Below, piece by piece: positions 1-15,794 of a stretch of 64,000 bases of DNA (position 1 is its first letter; each line of letters opens with the position of its first letter). The stretch lies in NCBI GenBank assembly GCA_010909165.1, contig MU008170.1, positions 558,001 through 622,000 on the forward strand, given 5' to 3'. The position numbers were made by a program, and so were the translations under genes. This DNA is from Anthoceros angustus (taxonomy: Eukaryota; Plantae; Anthocerotophyta). Under the pieces are notes generated by a model, which searched no databases, was not told the origin of the DNA, and saw only the letters and a list, made by a program, of their open reading frames with translations.

Positions 1-271
1 TTGGTAGCTTCCTAGTTGGACCCTTGACGCCTTCAAAAACTACATGTATTACCTACTCTATTAGTACTTGGTAGCTTTCTAGTTTGGGAGACGCAAAAAG
101 AATTTCAGCTACATGTGGTGCCTACCCTTACTAATTGCATATTTGGTAGAGCTTGTTTTGCATTCTAAAATTAAAAGTTTCCTAATTGGGGGAGGCCGCG
201 AGATATAAAAGAGTGAGCCCGCAGTTCATTAGTCACTCTTAGCTCAATTGTCATAGATGCTATTCTTAAGT

Positions 272-380
272 TTTCATAGAGTACAACATTTTATTTCTTA
301 GAGTACAACAATCTATGTTTAAGAGTATAACACTCTATTTTTAAGAGTACAACCCGTTATTTCTTAGAGTGCAACAATAT
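272..380. repeat. Short degenerate tandem repeat (~22 bp, core ttagagtacaaca)
   Basis: About five agagtRcaac-type copies upstream of the orphan ORF. Confidence 0.65.
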
Positions 381-542
381 AGTCTAGCCACCAACGCCCT
401 TTAACCGCTTACACAAGCTCGTGGTTTCTTAGTTGGAGAGAGTTCGTGGGACATAAAAGAGGTAGCTGGTTATGACAAGTGAGAGCTTATCTTACCTTCT
501 CATTAAGCAAAGAGGTTATCTTATATTCTACAAAACATAACC

Positions 543-1790
543 ATGGAGCATCCAAATGAAGGATTTACGCAATTTAAATCTAGTAATGTAATGATTCAAA
601 AAATTCGTGATTCCAAGTATCGTACCTCAAACAATAGTCTTTCTGAATATTCCAAATCTCTTCCATATGTTTTGAATAATGATATCAATACTGAGAACAC
701 GTTTACACAATTGGGATGTCATAATGTATTTCAAGTCATGTCACAAGAGTATTGTATACTAGACAACATTCTTTTTGAACCATATCCAGAACTTCTTCCA
801 TGTGCCTTGGATGATATGAATAATGTAACCCAAGTCTTATCTCAAGAGTATCATATCCGGGATAACATTCTTTTTGAATCATATCTAGAACCTCTTCCAT
901 GTGTTTTGGATGAAGAAATCGATGATGAGAAGAGTTGTTATTGGAGAAATATGACATGTGAAAATCAAAGAGATTCATTGTATGGCATCTTAGGTCTCTT
1001 GCAGGGTATCATGGATGTTTCAAACGGTATGCGGGATAACATTATGTTTGATCCACATGAACCTCTTCCATGTGTTTGGGATGATGATATCAAGAGTAAG
1101 ATAAAATTGACACGATTTGGACTTAATAATGTACCCAAAGTCCTTCCCCAAGATTATCATATGCAAAATAATACTAGTTTTGTATCATATCCAAAATCTC
1201 TTCCAATTGTTTTGGATGAAAAAATCGATGGTGAGAAGAGTTGTGATTTGAGTAATATGACATCTAAAAATGAAGGTAATTCACTGCATGGCATCCTGGG
1301 TCTCCTGCAGGGCATCATGGATGTTTCAAATAGTACACAAGACAATTTTGGGTTTGAATCGTATGATGAACCTCTTTCATGTGCTTTGGATGATGATATC
1401 AATAGTAAGAAAAAAATTACACAATTTGGATCGAATTACGTATCCAGAGTCCTGCCGCAAGAGTATCATATGTGGAACAATAGTGTTGTTGAATCAGATA
1501 CAAAACCTCTTCAAAATGTTTTTGATGGAGATATCAATGATAAAAAGAGTTGTGATCGGGGAAATACAACATCTCCAAATGAAGGTCATACCCTATGTGG
1601 CATCTTGGGTTTTATGCAAGAAATCATGGATGATAATCTAGGTCTTCAATCAGGTATCTCGCGGATAAATAATTCTTCTAGAGTGCAATATGAATCAACA
1701 TTGTTCATAGAGTTTGAAAACTTTGAAGGTATGTATCTGCCAGAGTTTGAAAACTTTGTAGATTTACTAGCTATTGAGATGCACGCATAA
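543..1790 (+). CDS. Orphan 415-aa intronless acidic protein with three ~100-aa internal repeats
   Basis: Long open frame in AT-rich DNA. Start context is aaccATGG, with a TATA-like acataaaaga at ~451. Recurring motifs are (E/K)PLPCVLDxxI, EKSC and LxGILGLLQGIMD. No family recognised. Confidence 0.6.
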   Translation: MEHPNEGFTQFKSSNVMIQKIRDSKYRTSNNSLSEYSKSLPYVLNNDINTENTFTQLGCHNVFQVMSQEYCILDNILFEPYPELLPCALDDMNNVTQVLSQEYHIRDNILFESYLEPLPCVLDEEIDDEKSCYWRNMTCENQRDSLYGILGLLQGIMDVSNGMRDNIMFDPHEPLPCVWDDDIKSKIKLTRFGLNNVPKVLPQDYHMQNNTSFVSYPKSLPIVLDEKIDGEKSCDLSNMTSKNEGNSLHGILGLLQGIMDVSNSTQDNFGFESYDEPLSCALDDDINSKKKITQFGSNYVSRVLPQEYHMWNNSVVESDTKPLQNVFDGDINDKKSCDRGNTTSPNEGHTLCGILGFMQEIMDDNLGLQSGISRINNSSRVQYESTLFIEFENFEGMYLPEFENFVDLLAIEMHA

Positions 1791-2994
1791 TACGTGATGG
1801 AATCCAAGATCTTGACTTTATTACAGCTCCTCCCTCGGATGTATAATGTAGTCTCTTAGAGTGGATTCTGAATGAACATAGCATGTAAAGTGTGAAACTT
1901 GGAATATCTATTGGAGTTATCCATTTGTGACCTCAAAATGTATTATGGATTAATATGTTCTTAGAATAATGGAGAGACTTTATGTAGAAAGAAAAGAGAT
2001 GGAAAAAATGTTCTTAGAATACATATAGAATCATCATAACAAATAGGATATTGAAATTTAGATTTGGCATTGAAGTTATCAAGAATGTAACTTACAATAA
2101 CTCATTACCTAGCTTAAATTGTTACTTAATACTTATGTTATATAATTTGTGTTCTTATTTATTTAAAATTTAACCTATACATAATGAAGCAATGAATTTA
2201 ATCGGGGTTATTGTAAATAAAAAGCCAATCACATGGTTTCTGGTGAGGCTTAGCTCTTGTACTTCTCACAAACGCTCCCAGTTGTGTGCAGTGATGGTGA
2301 TCAACCTGTTGATGACATGTTGGCGATGATAGTTGCTTGTTTGACAACTTGGCCACAACGACTGTGTCGACATGAACGGCCATGATTCGCAAGGTCTAGG
2401 CCAAGGTGCGGTTGTTCAACATGGACAAATTGAGCAGGAGGAGCACTATGTGTTTTTCCAGGCCGTCTGAAGCATTCAAAATGACATGTGATTAATTTGT
2501 GTAGAGGTCTCTAAGATGCATTCCTATTAACTTGTTTGCTGGTAGCTGTCAGGTGGCTGTGTATATGAAATGTGTGGAATCAAAATATTCACGCGAGGTT
2601 GTGGACTGCATTAAGGGATGTGCTAACATGTAATGCCCTGATGGCTGTGTTAGTAAAAATGTGATGAACTTAGGGATGCACGTCGTTTCTGACAGTTTGG
2701 CCACACATGACTTGGTGACGAGGAATGGCTCGAATGTGTATGTGCACAACAAGGGCTCGGCCGAGAATCGCTTGTTGAACATGGACAATCAAAGTAGCAT
2801 TGACACCAGCATTCTGCCCTTGTCCCCTTAATTTTGTCCTTGCCATGTGTGGAAGACCACATATACACTAACCCCTCTCTGAAGTGTCGGGATGAACGAT
2901 TTTTTTGTTTTGGGAGTGTTTGTATAGCAAAGTGCTTTGAGAATCGCCTGGGTAAGGTCTTTTATACGAGAATGGTCCTGAGCCCTTGGCATAA

Positions 2995-5900
2995 ATTTTT
3001 TTTTTTTTTTTGAACCTTAGGTTTTCGACCCCGGATAGGTATGTCGGAGATATAGTCCTTGGGTTTTGGTGATTTTAGAAATAAGAAAGTGTCTATATAT
3101 GTTACGGGTGCCTACATCTTGCCGCGATTCTGTGATCAAGCGGGAGGTAGCCAGTTCCACCAGTGGCGAAGAGCAGGGCGTCTGGGAGGGAGTTTACAAC
3201 CTAGTGGCGGGCGGGCGCAGGCAGTCGGGCGCAGGCGAGGCGGACACACCCGGCCACCGAGTCATAATTTCGAGGCCGGGCGTCGGAGGCGGGCTGCAGC
3301 CAGGCAGCTTCTGGCAGTCTCTGTTATTTGTCTGGTGGGGAGCCCGTCGGTCGGGCGGGCAGCGGTGGCGGAGGAAGGAAACCAGTGGCAGTAGCGAAGG
3401 AGGAAAGAGGCGGGCGCCCAGGGAGTGGAGGAGGCCGAGGGTGGTGTCCCCGACCATGCGAGGTGGGTTCTTTTCTGAAGAAACAAGGAGAAAGGAGATG
3501 GCGCCGGTGCGAAATTCCACCATGCGGTGGCCCAACATGGACCCTTTGGAAGGTGAGGCAGGCCAGTGCGGGTGCAGGTTATGGAAGAAATGGTGTTCTG
3601 ACATCGGCATTGGTGCAAGAGTGCGCCCGGATTGAGAACCAAGTTGCAAGAGGTGGCGAGGAAGGCCATAAGCGGGATTTGGGACTCTTTCGGCGATGTA
3701 TGGCGAAGCATCGGAGGATGGAAGCTTGGTAATTGATCCCCGGAGAAGACCACGAGGCTGCAGTGCGCTCATGAAACTGGAGAAGTGAGGTGAACAATGG
3801 ATGGGTGACTCGCCAACTCGTGTCTGCATTGGTGGGATTAGCCAAGTGGATTTTGTGTTTCTGCGACGGAAGTTGGATCATATGGCGGACCACTTCACGG
3901 TCTTTCTTCATGAGGTGGTTAAAGGTACACAAATCGATTGAGGCGGATGATCTTTGAAAGAGCACTGTGAGGAGGCGAATTTGCTCTCCCTTCCTCGGCC
4001 CTCCTTGATTTCACCTTTTCTAATTCATGTATTCGCATTAGGGTGTCGGGTTGGCGTATGCCCTAGGCTGGAAGCCGGTCGGGGAACTCAAGGTAGAGGA
4101 GGAGGAGTGTAAGGAGGATTAGGGAAGGATTCCAGGTTGGGAATCGCCTCCCTAGAAGATTCGGATGAAGGTGGGGAGGTTTCCAAGGGCAAGAAGCGGA
4201 GGCGGAGCAGTCGTGAAGGAAGGCGGCCCAGCGAAGAGGAACCCTGACCTAGGGTCACCAGTCGAAATCGGCGGAGCAGTGAAGGAGGAGAAAATAAAGG
4301 AAGCGACAAGTTGTGCCCCTCGGGTGCAGGAGGTCGCCGCTAGGAGAGATTGGAGGCGGATGAGGAAGTAGTGGCAAACCAACCCCTAGAAGAAGAGGTT
4401 AGTTTCGATAGCCAAGTCCGGAGACTCGGAACATTTTGGCGACATTTGCCGTCCGGTGAAGTGGAGCAGTGACACCGCTCGCGTCACGAGGTGTTGTGGA
4501 AGGGAATGGGCACGAGGGGTCGGGGTCTGCGAGGCCCGACTTGACCATGGCTCGGGGCAGCGGATCTCCTCGACCGACCATGGCTCTCACAGGAGTGTGC
4601 AGGGGGCCAGGAAAAGTTGCTCAAGGAGAAGTTGGAGAGCCTAGGCGAGAACAAGGTGGCGGAGGCGCGGAGGCAGGAATCTGAGGCGGCCCTATGCAAG
4701 GCAGGGCGGTAAGGGCCATGTCCACCCAGGAGGCCTTAGTGAATCGAGGTCAAGGCGCATGCCACACAATTGAGGAGCTTCAAGATGAGGTCTCATGAGC
4801 CCAGAACAATGGAAACAATGGCGCCTGGAGAAATTCAAGAAGGCGGAGAGATATAGCGAGAGAGATGAAGCTAGGGCGAGTCAAGAGAGAGGTGGCCAAA
4901 CCAAGAAGGCGAGCCACGGCAACATGATGGCAAGCCACCGTGGGGAAACTACCACCACGGTGGCTAAACCGCCACCGTCGCGGAAGGAGGAACCGAGGTG
5001 GGGAAGTCACCAGGAGCTGCGGTGGGGATCCCCATTCGAAGGCGGCCGGCTCGAGGATTGTCCACGGGAGGAGGGTAAGAACCTCTGTGGCCGGCGTATT
5101 GTGCTACGGCGTGGATGAGGATGCTCATGTCACAGCCGCATGGTGGCGGTGCTCACTCTAAATGTATGTGGTTGTTGGGACGGGAGGCGGAAACTATTGG
5201 CTGCACATCTTGACCGCCAGGCGTTTACGATGGTTCTTCGAGCAGGAGGCGGGGCCTACCCCAAGTGGTGATCGAGGAAATGGCGGCGGAGGCAGGCGTG
5301 GAGGGAGGAGCACAGTGTGGGTCAGCGGATAATGAGGGCATAGGGCCTATAGGCGCACGCCCATGGGGAAGGCGAATCGCCAAGAAGGCTGACGATGAGG
5401 TGGAGGTTTTGGGGAGAATCGCTCGGATCGGGCGTGGCGGGAGGCGAGGCGAGGAACCCCCACCCGGCAGAGCTAAGCGGCAACATGACGGAGCCTTGGC
5501 CGAGGCCATCATCATAGGCCGGAGGCTTCTTTTGGGGTAGGGATAGGATGTTTTGAGGGCTGCGGGCTGTAGTTACAGATTGGTAGGAGCGCTCGTGGTA
5601 GTGGGCCATATTTTCTAGACCTTTGGTAGGAGTGTGGAAATCCACGGTGAATGTATAAGAGACCCTTGAGAGTCTCTCTTAACGATTTCGGTGTGAACTT
5701 GGTGTGTTGAAGCTATGCGAGGTTGGTTGGAGCGTCGATCGACATCAAACTCGTTCGATGCACCGCCTTCTCGTCACAAGAAGGCCGGAAGATCCTGGAT
5801 GGTCGAGGCGGAGTGGCCAAGCTCCACGCGGGTGGAAGGTGGCGCAGCGCGTCGGAAGAGGTAGGGTTGCAGCGAAGGTTGAGGCGGGCTGGGAAGGCGA

Positions 5901-7250
5901 ATCGCCAAGCGTGAGTTTTCTTTCACGATCTTCTTTCCCAAGCTGCCACCGTGTTTATTCCAGAGGGGGTCTGTGTGGCCCAAGGTGGGGTCTGTGTGGC
6001 CCAAGAGGGGGTCTGTGTGGCCCAAGGTGGGGTCTGTGTGAGGAGAGGGAGAGAAGATTTATTAGGAAGGGAAGGTCCCGAAAGGGTGGGTGAGTCTTGT
6101 ATGAGGATTGTGCGTGTGGGGAAAATCGGGAAATGATTAGGGAGAGTGGAAGTGAGCGGTGGAATCGCGGGGAACTAGCGGCGGAGTGGCCAAGCTCCAC
6201 GCGGGGTGTGGAAGGTGGCGGCGCACGTCGGAAGAGGTAGGGTTGCGGAAGGTTGGCGGGCTGGGAAGGCGAATCGCCAAGAACGGCGGGGTTTTCTTTC
6301 CGATCTTCTTTCCCAAGCTGCCACCGTGTTTATTCCAAGAGTCATGTGGCCCAAGGAGTGCATGTGGCCCAAGAGGGTGCATGTGGCCCAAGGTGGGGTC
6401 TGCGTGACCTGTGAGGAGGGGGAGAGAAGATTTATTAGGAAGGGGAGGATCCCCGAAAGGGTGGGTGAGTGCGCGCTGTAAGGGATTGTGTGTGCGTGTG
6501 GGGAAAATCGGGAAATGATTAGGGAGAGTGGAAGTGAGCGGTGGAATCGCGGGGAACTAGCGGCGGAGTGAGGCGCCGCGGCACTCGAGGTCGTGGTGCA
6601 TAGCTCCCGGGAGGGATCCGATCGCGGAAATTCCTGGAAGCGAAGTGAGGGTGCATGTAGGCGTGTGTATGCCCATAACCCCCAAGGTCTGCGCCCGAGG
6701 GGTGACAAATAGTCACCCGACGGGGCGTATGGTGGGACCCGCCCGGTGGTTGAACCGACCAGCTGCGGTGGCCGAGTCTCCACGGTGGCGGGTTTTGGGT
6801 ATGGTAGGCGGAGAGGAGGTGGTGATCGATGGGGTAAGTCTAGAATCCATAGTTTTAGAACATCTTGACACAAAACCATTCCCTTGGGATCGAATCCTAG
6901 GACTACAACGACATAGAGGGTAAATGTGGCCTCTTTGCTTCTTCGGATGCAAAAACCCATTCCACACCATGTCATGAAGGCGCATGGGGAATCTAGGCGG
7001 GGGGCCCAGAAAATGGGTTTTGGCAAACGAGTTGAATGTGATGAGTGCGGTCTCTTGGAAGATGATTTGCAGAACAAGTACTCTTTTGCGTGAGCCATGT
7101 GCTAATCGGGGACATTGCAGCGGAAGCGGCCGGCGGCTCTTACAAAGGCCTTACGATTTAGCACCAACCTCTGTCTCTCTCACTCGTTTGGTTTTCTTTA
7201 CAGCACACGCGTAGCCACTAGCATTGAGTTCATGCTTATGGGATTTGTTT
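2995..7250 (-). other. GC-rich unclassified, probably transposon-derived block; poly(T) at left edge (poly(A) on the minus strand)
   Basis: Abrupt rise in GC, a T run at ~2996-3011, many fragmented ORFs with no recognised domain, and an internal direct repeat. Confidence 0.3.
5807..6571. repeat. Tandem direct repeat, two ~370-390 bp units, with nested 18-20 bp minirepeats (gtggcccaag core)
   Basis: gcggagtggccaagctccacgcgg starts at ~5808 and ~6181, and both units end ggaatcgcggggaactagcggcggagtg. Confidence 0.9.
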
Positions 7251-9104
7251 TCTAGTCTTGACGTCCCAAGCATCTTTCTGAGTCACTTAATTTATTGGCA
7301 GGAGCAGTCTAGTAGTTTGGCTCTGTAATCTTTGTCTCCTTGAGATGATTGTTCACTTGTTCATGAATATTCCAACAAATTTTCTTGGCTTCCTTATCTT
7401 TGCCTTTCTGAGGTGGTTGTTTACAAACAAGCCCTATTCAAAGGTAGCTAGTCCAAGAGCTTTCCTTGACTCAAGACAATCCAAGAGCTTTCCTTGAGTC
7501 CCTGATCTTTCTTTCTCTTTCAAAGATGCTTGTCCATAGGCATGCCCTGTTCATGGGCCAATAGCTCTTTCAGCAAGTTGAACCCAATCCACACACCTGC
7601 TCCCCATTAACTAAAGCAGCACGGGCCAAACTGAGAGCTTACGTGAGTATTGAGTAGGTAGACCCTCGGTTCCATCAACTAGGGTCCAATCATCACCTTG
7701 CAAAACTCTCCAACACTGCTCCTCGTCATCCCTTGTTTGATGATGAATGCAAACGCCTTCGTTTTCTCACTCACCAGTATCTACATGTGAAAGTGAGTGC
7801 CTACAAATCCAATGTGCCGTATATCCATTGCATCATTGCAAAAATATATGGCACAAGTCGCAGATGCGGCACATAGAGTTAGGCTGAAAACCTTTCAATA
7901 GATCAATGATAGAATTGCCTCACATGGAGAAAAAACCTCGCACAACAAAAAAGGCAATGATGTGCGCTGGAGTAAGGAGCAAGCTTCGGAAGGAAGAAAT
8001 GACAACTGGTGCGTTGGCGGTGCGACGAAATACTGAAACTTATGTCAACAGCAATGTCATATGACACCAGTAAAACAAATCCAATACGTTACACAAGTTT
8101 GATTCACAAGCTCGTCCTACCTCGTATCTTTATGGCGTAAGAGCACTGTCCCGGCCTCACCACCTTGTACCAGAAGATGATCAGAGTGCCACATCCAATG
8201 ATCACAAATAGATTTGTCAATGTTCGCTGCCATGCTCTCCCAGGTAGCTCATTGCTTCATCTGCATACAAAAAACATTGACAAACATTATAACAGCAAAC
8301 TTCATTCCTTTTCCTGACCCAATTCCATTGACTCTAGCTAGATCACGTGTGTGGCAAGTCCAAAATTTGGCTTGTGTAATGGTGGTTTCTAGTCGCCAAC
8401 AAGGGGTTAGAAGACAAACCTCTTTTCAAGAAGACACTGTCAAATACGAACGTTTTGAGAGCTCTCAACCATGTACTGAGGTTTTGCCGACAGTATTACC
8501 AAAAAATCCAAGTGCAGCTCCCAAAGGAAACCTGCCACCATGATTCCAAAATGTAGCTCATCAAGAAACCAAGGCCCATGCATTTATATGCACATAAAAC
8601 TTGGATGCGTCCTACGTCCGGCACACCAGTCAAAAAAATTCAGCTGCAAGTCGTAGGTAGTGCACATAGAGTAAGTCCGGAAAGCTTTTAATGTTGTATA
8701 CAAAGCAAATGTGTGAACATAATATCATCAAAAAAATGACTTTCAAAAACAATATCGTTGACTTTTTCAAAAATAGTTTTGCTGACTTTAGCATAAGCAA
8801 AATCAAGTAGGAAGTCTCGAGCATTAAACCTCACTTCAAGGAGGCCGGCACACCTAGCTACTATTATGATTTATAAATTTTTCAAACCACCAAAATCATA
8901 GCATCTCATCCCAAAATGAATCCGCCCTTCGGGTCCTTGAGTCTGGAGTTCTTTTACTAAGAAGTCTATGTGCACTCCCACTGTGAAGGGATAGAAATAA
9001 CTCAAGTGAAAATACGTAATGTAGCGATGCATCGGATGGCTGGCGCATCCTATCCATCACCTCCATCGCACGGGACGTCCAATAAGGTCGGGGTCTCCAA
9101 GAAT

Positions 9105-9370
9105 TGCGCCGGATGTCTGGCGCATTGCTCCAATACACCTCTCTGAAAGTTAAAACTTGGAGAGAATGCTAGAGGTAGGTAGTGTCACTCCACTACGCCG
9201 GATGTTTGGCGTGGTTTATAAAAGTCTGTGTTTAGTCGTGTCGAAGATGGCCTTGGTCAATATATTGCTCCTTCTAGTCTCAAAACTGCGCCGGACGTCC
9301 AGCGCAGTTGCACCTTTGGTTTTGACAGTAGCTCCTTTTGTGTTGTTAGTTACGGCGAACGTCCAGCGCA
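9105..9370. repeat. Cluster of ~20-bp palindromic motifs, tRcgccggaYgtYYRgcgYR
   Basis: Copies at 9105, 9194, 9287 and a degenerate one at 9351. One example is aactgcgc-cggacgtcca-gcgcagtt. Confidence 0.7.
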
Positions 9371-10302
9371 ATATGGCTTTCTAGACTGACATTCTGCAGT
9401 AAGGGGTCAACGGTTAAGACGTCTGAGTACTTTCGGTTGGCCCAGACATTTTATTGGGAGAATGAGCCTAGTGTACACCGTGCTAGGAGCGCGTATCGTG
9501 TGTGAAAGACCTTTCTGCGATTCCCATCACCTATCCAAAATCCTCGAAATCCCTTATCTTTTTGGCCTCAATGTGCGAATCATCTTTGGCTCAAACATGT
9601 CCTTGTGGGTGTTTGAGATAAATCTAGATGGTCAATATCAAGTCTCTACATGCCAAAACAGCTGGTTTTCTTATGTGTGGTGTTTTGCCTTGTTTTCAGG
9701 GGTCTTTTTATGGGTTTTTGAGGCCCAAACCTCTTTCCACGAGACAAACCCCTTTCAGAGGAGACATTGTTCAATATTCGTCATTGTACTCATGCGTTTC
9801 GTTCCCAAGAGATTTATTTCGTGCCTTCCTGTTTGCAAATTACACTCCAATCCTAAGTAACTAACCTGGGGTCAATCCTAATCCTAGAAGGCCTACCTAC
9901 ACAAGGAAACACCACAACGTTCGCTCCTTTCCAAGCCCAACGGCCGGATGTCTGACTTGCCATTCAGACTCTGTATCTTTCGGAACGGCCTTCCACCTCT
10001 AGACAGCCAAAACATTGCGTCTAGACTCAGCACCTTCCAGGACGACCTTCCAATGCGATCACGTAATGAGGATTCTTAGGGAAGCCTGACCATGAAGAGG
10101 AATTGGAGCCCGAGACTTGAAGAGGAACTGGAGCTTGTACATGAAGAGCATCCTTCATTTCTTTAGCACTCTTTCTAATAGGCCAGCTATCCCAGCAAGA
10201 CCTCCTATTGGAGCCTGCACATGAACATGATTGGGAGCTTGTGGCTTTTCATAATGCCTCTATTGATTTTGATGGTGTAGTAGAATCGTTGCTACAGTTG
10301 AC

Positions 10303-10734
10303 ATGGATGAATTGCATGCAGGTGGACAATGTATAGAAGTGGAGGCTGATGGTGACCCTAGCATTGCAAATATGGATGAACTCCAAGCACTCCAAGCAGT
10401 GATGGCATTGCAGTCACATAGGGTTTTCCATCACAAAGAGATTGAGGGAAGCAGCCGTGTTGCAAACATCCTGCGCTTGCCTACCATGGAGAAGCTTCTC
10501 ACTACCAACTCTAAGAAGAAGAAGTCCTTTGCACATTCCCAGCTTGTAACAACAGATGAGTGGATTACAATAGACGTAAGGAGGAAGGAGGAAAAGGCTG
10601 GTCTTCTAGAGGAGAAACAAAAGAGGAAGCAAGCTCATATTCAGGAAAGACTAAAAGGGCACCCGGATAAGACTCAGATAGTTAACACCAGGTCTGACTC
10701 TCAATTCCTAGAGTTCTCAATCCATCATATCTAG
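10303..10734 (+). mobile_element. Possible C-terminal remnant of a pogo/DDE_1-type transposase
   Basis: ILRLPT...KKKSFAHSQLVTTDEW followed by a charged KEEK...EEKQKRK helix resembles pogo-like C-termini as recalled. No catalytic DDE region is visible. Confidence 0.35.
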
Positions 10735-11220
10735 AGAAAAGGCCGAGTGGTTGCAGCTGAATGGAGAAACGAAAACCCATGGCCAATTCCAAGCAAGGTC
10801 GGGAAGAAACTAGCTATGACAAGGTGGAAAGTTGAAGCAAGGAGGAGTCAGATGCTGTTTTGGCCAACTGAGCTCCAACAAAATTGCAGGGAGCGAACCT
10901 CTCTCCAAAAAGAGGCTGCAATTTTATGCCAAGCCATTAAGCACACCGAGAGAGGAGCAGCGCCTTGCCAAACGGGCAAATCTGCAATGCATGAGGCTCT
11001 TGAGAGCGGCCAGGAAACGAATAGGCCCGTAGCACTTGATGCTGTCCATGGCAAATTTTGGGTCGTACTAAGGCGTGTGTGTGGTGGTATGATGGATGCT
11101 TGGTCATGGTCATGGAGCTCAAGGTGACACTTGTCAAGACCATTATGATGGTAAGAGGAATAGAGGATTTCATGAATCACGGTGGAAAGGCCGGTGTACA
11201 CTGGAGTAGAGTGTTTGTCT

Positions 11221-11442
11221 CTATGTGTCCAAATGGCTTAGACCAAATGGACAAACATTTATAAGAACTTCGTGATTAAGCATCCTACGCCTACATCGAT
11301 ATTTAGATGGGGTGCCTAAAGGGAGTGGATGTCCTTGGTGCAAGTAGCTTAGGCACACCATGGTATAAGTTGTTAAGTACCAAGTCTCATGACGGAAATT
11401 TGTCCTTAGTGGACTTCAATAAAATTCTTCTTCTTCTTCTTC
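11221..11442 (+). mobile_element. Short structured retroposon-like repeat, copy A (full length)
   Basis: tgtccaaatggcttag...ggacttcaataaaa(ttc)n; one of six related copies in the window. Confidence 0.85.
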
Positions 11443-11562
11443 ATGCGAGAGCCCAAATGTGCGGTTCGCGACGGTCGGTGGCGCTCAAGGTGCCGGCAAG
11501 TGGAGTCAAAGAGGATTTCTTTGAAAACCCACCCAAATTAAAGACTTAAGTACTACATTTAG

Positions 11563-11780
11563 ATGTGTGTCCAAATGGCTTAGGCCAAATGGACACACAT
11601 TTATAAGCATGCTTATTAAGCATCTTGCGCTTGGATTGGTACTTAGATGGGGTCCCTAAAGGGAATGGATGCCCTTGGTGCAAGTAGCTTAGGTATACCA
11701 TGGTACAAGTTATTAAGTACCAAGTCCCATGACGGAAATCCGTCCTCAGTGGACTTAAATAAAATTCTTCTTCTTCTTCT
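11563..11780 (+). mobile_element. Short structured retroposon-like repeat, copy B (full length)
   Basis: Aligns end to end with copy A and ends in AATAAAA plus a (TTC)n tail. Confidence 0.85.
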
Positions 11781-12205
11781 ACACATTATGGCGAACCTAA
11801 TGATCATTATTTTATATTATTTTAAATTTATTTTCTATCCATCGGCCTTAACATACCGGGATGTGGCCCGGGTAAATAGGTTCCCATACGGTCAAAGGAG
11901 CGTCAATCATTGGGGGTTTGAGAAGAGTCCAAGTGAAGTGAATGTGAAATGTCCTGGACTCCTCAATGTACGACATACATGAGTGAAGTGAGCAGAAAAT
12001 ACCTGGTTTGACCACAAGGAGCCACGTCCTTCGACACATGACTCACAGCCATTCAACATTGGAGCCTCCTCGGCATTGTAGTCGTGGTTTCCCCGCATTT
12101 GGCTCCTCTGGAACTTGCATGACTGACGAGCGAAAGCTCCTGTTTCTCACTTTCTCCAACCGCTTTCACGATCGTGCAAGCTCCAACTCGATCTAGCCTG
12201 TCAGG

Positions 12206-15303
<3,098 letters not shown>

Positions 15304-15542
15304 AGATGTACTCGACACTAGAGTAGCATGCCACCGCAGTCCGGTCTTGTAAAGTTGTGGGAAACGGTGTTGATCAGAAGTCTATCGTAGTCACACCCTC
15401 TGTTAATCCACTACTTCCGAATCCTACGAATCTGGAATTTAACTGGATTCTCTTGACTTGATCGTGAAATGGAATTTTAAAAGCTGTGTGAAGAGCAATC
15501 GTTTTTCCCAAAAAAAAAAAAATGACTGCGGCGCCGGAGGGC

Positions 15543-15551
15543 TTAGGGTTT
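15543..15551. promoter_or_regulatory. Telo-box (TTAGGGTTT) upstream of HD2
   Basis: Exact plant telo-box ~245 bp before the ATG of a nucleolar-type gene. Confidence 0.55.
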
Positions 15552-15794
15552 AAGACCCCCTGGTCGTGAAGTTTTCAAACGACTCGGCAGCCGAGTGTCG
15601 AGTGTGAACCGTGGAACGTTCTGGAGGGGAAGAGAAAGCTGGTACATAGACACTCTCCACCCAAGCTGCGGCCGACCTGGTCATTGGTGCATCGGGATCC
15701 GGCAGCTGTGATAGTCGCCTGCCCAGCCGCCGGCTATCGTTGCTGTGCCCGGAGCGGGTTCAGGCGCTCGGATTACACCTGCAGGAGCTAAGCT

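Noticed and set aside
9105-9370. CRISPR-like array of palindromic repeats with unique spacers
   Set aside because: Eukaryotic context, degenerate repeats, irregular spacing and no cas genes.
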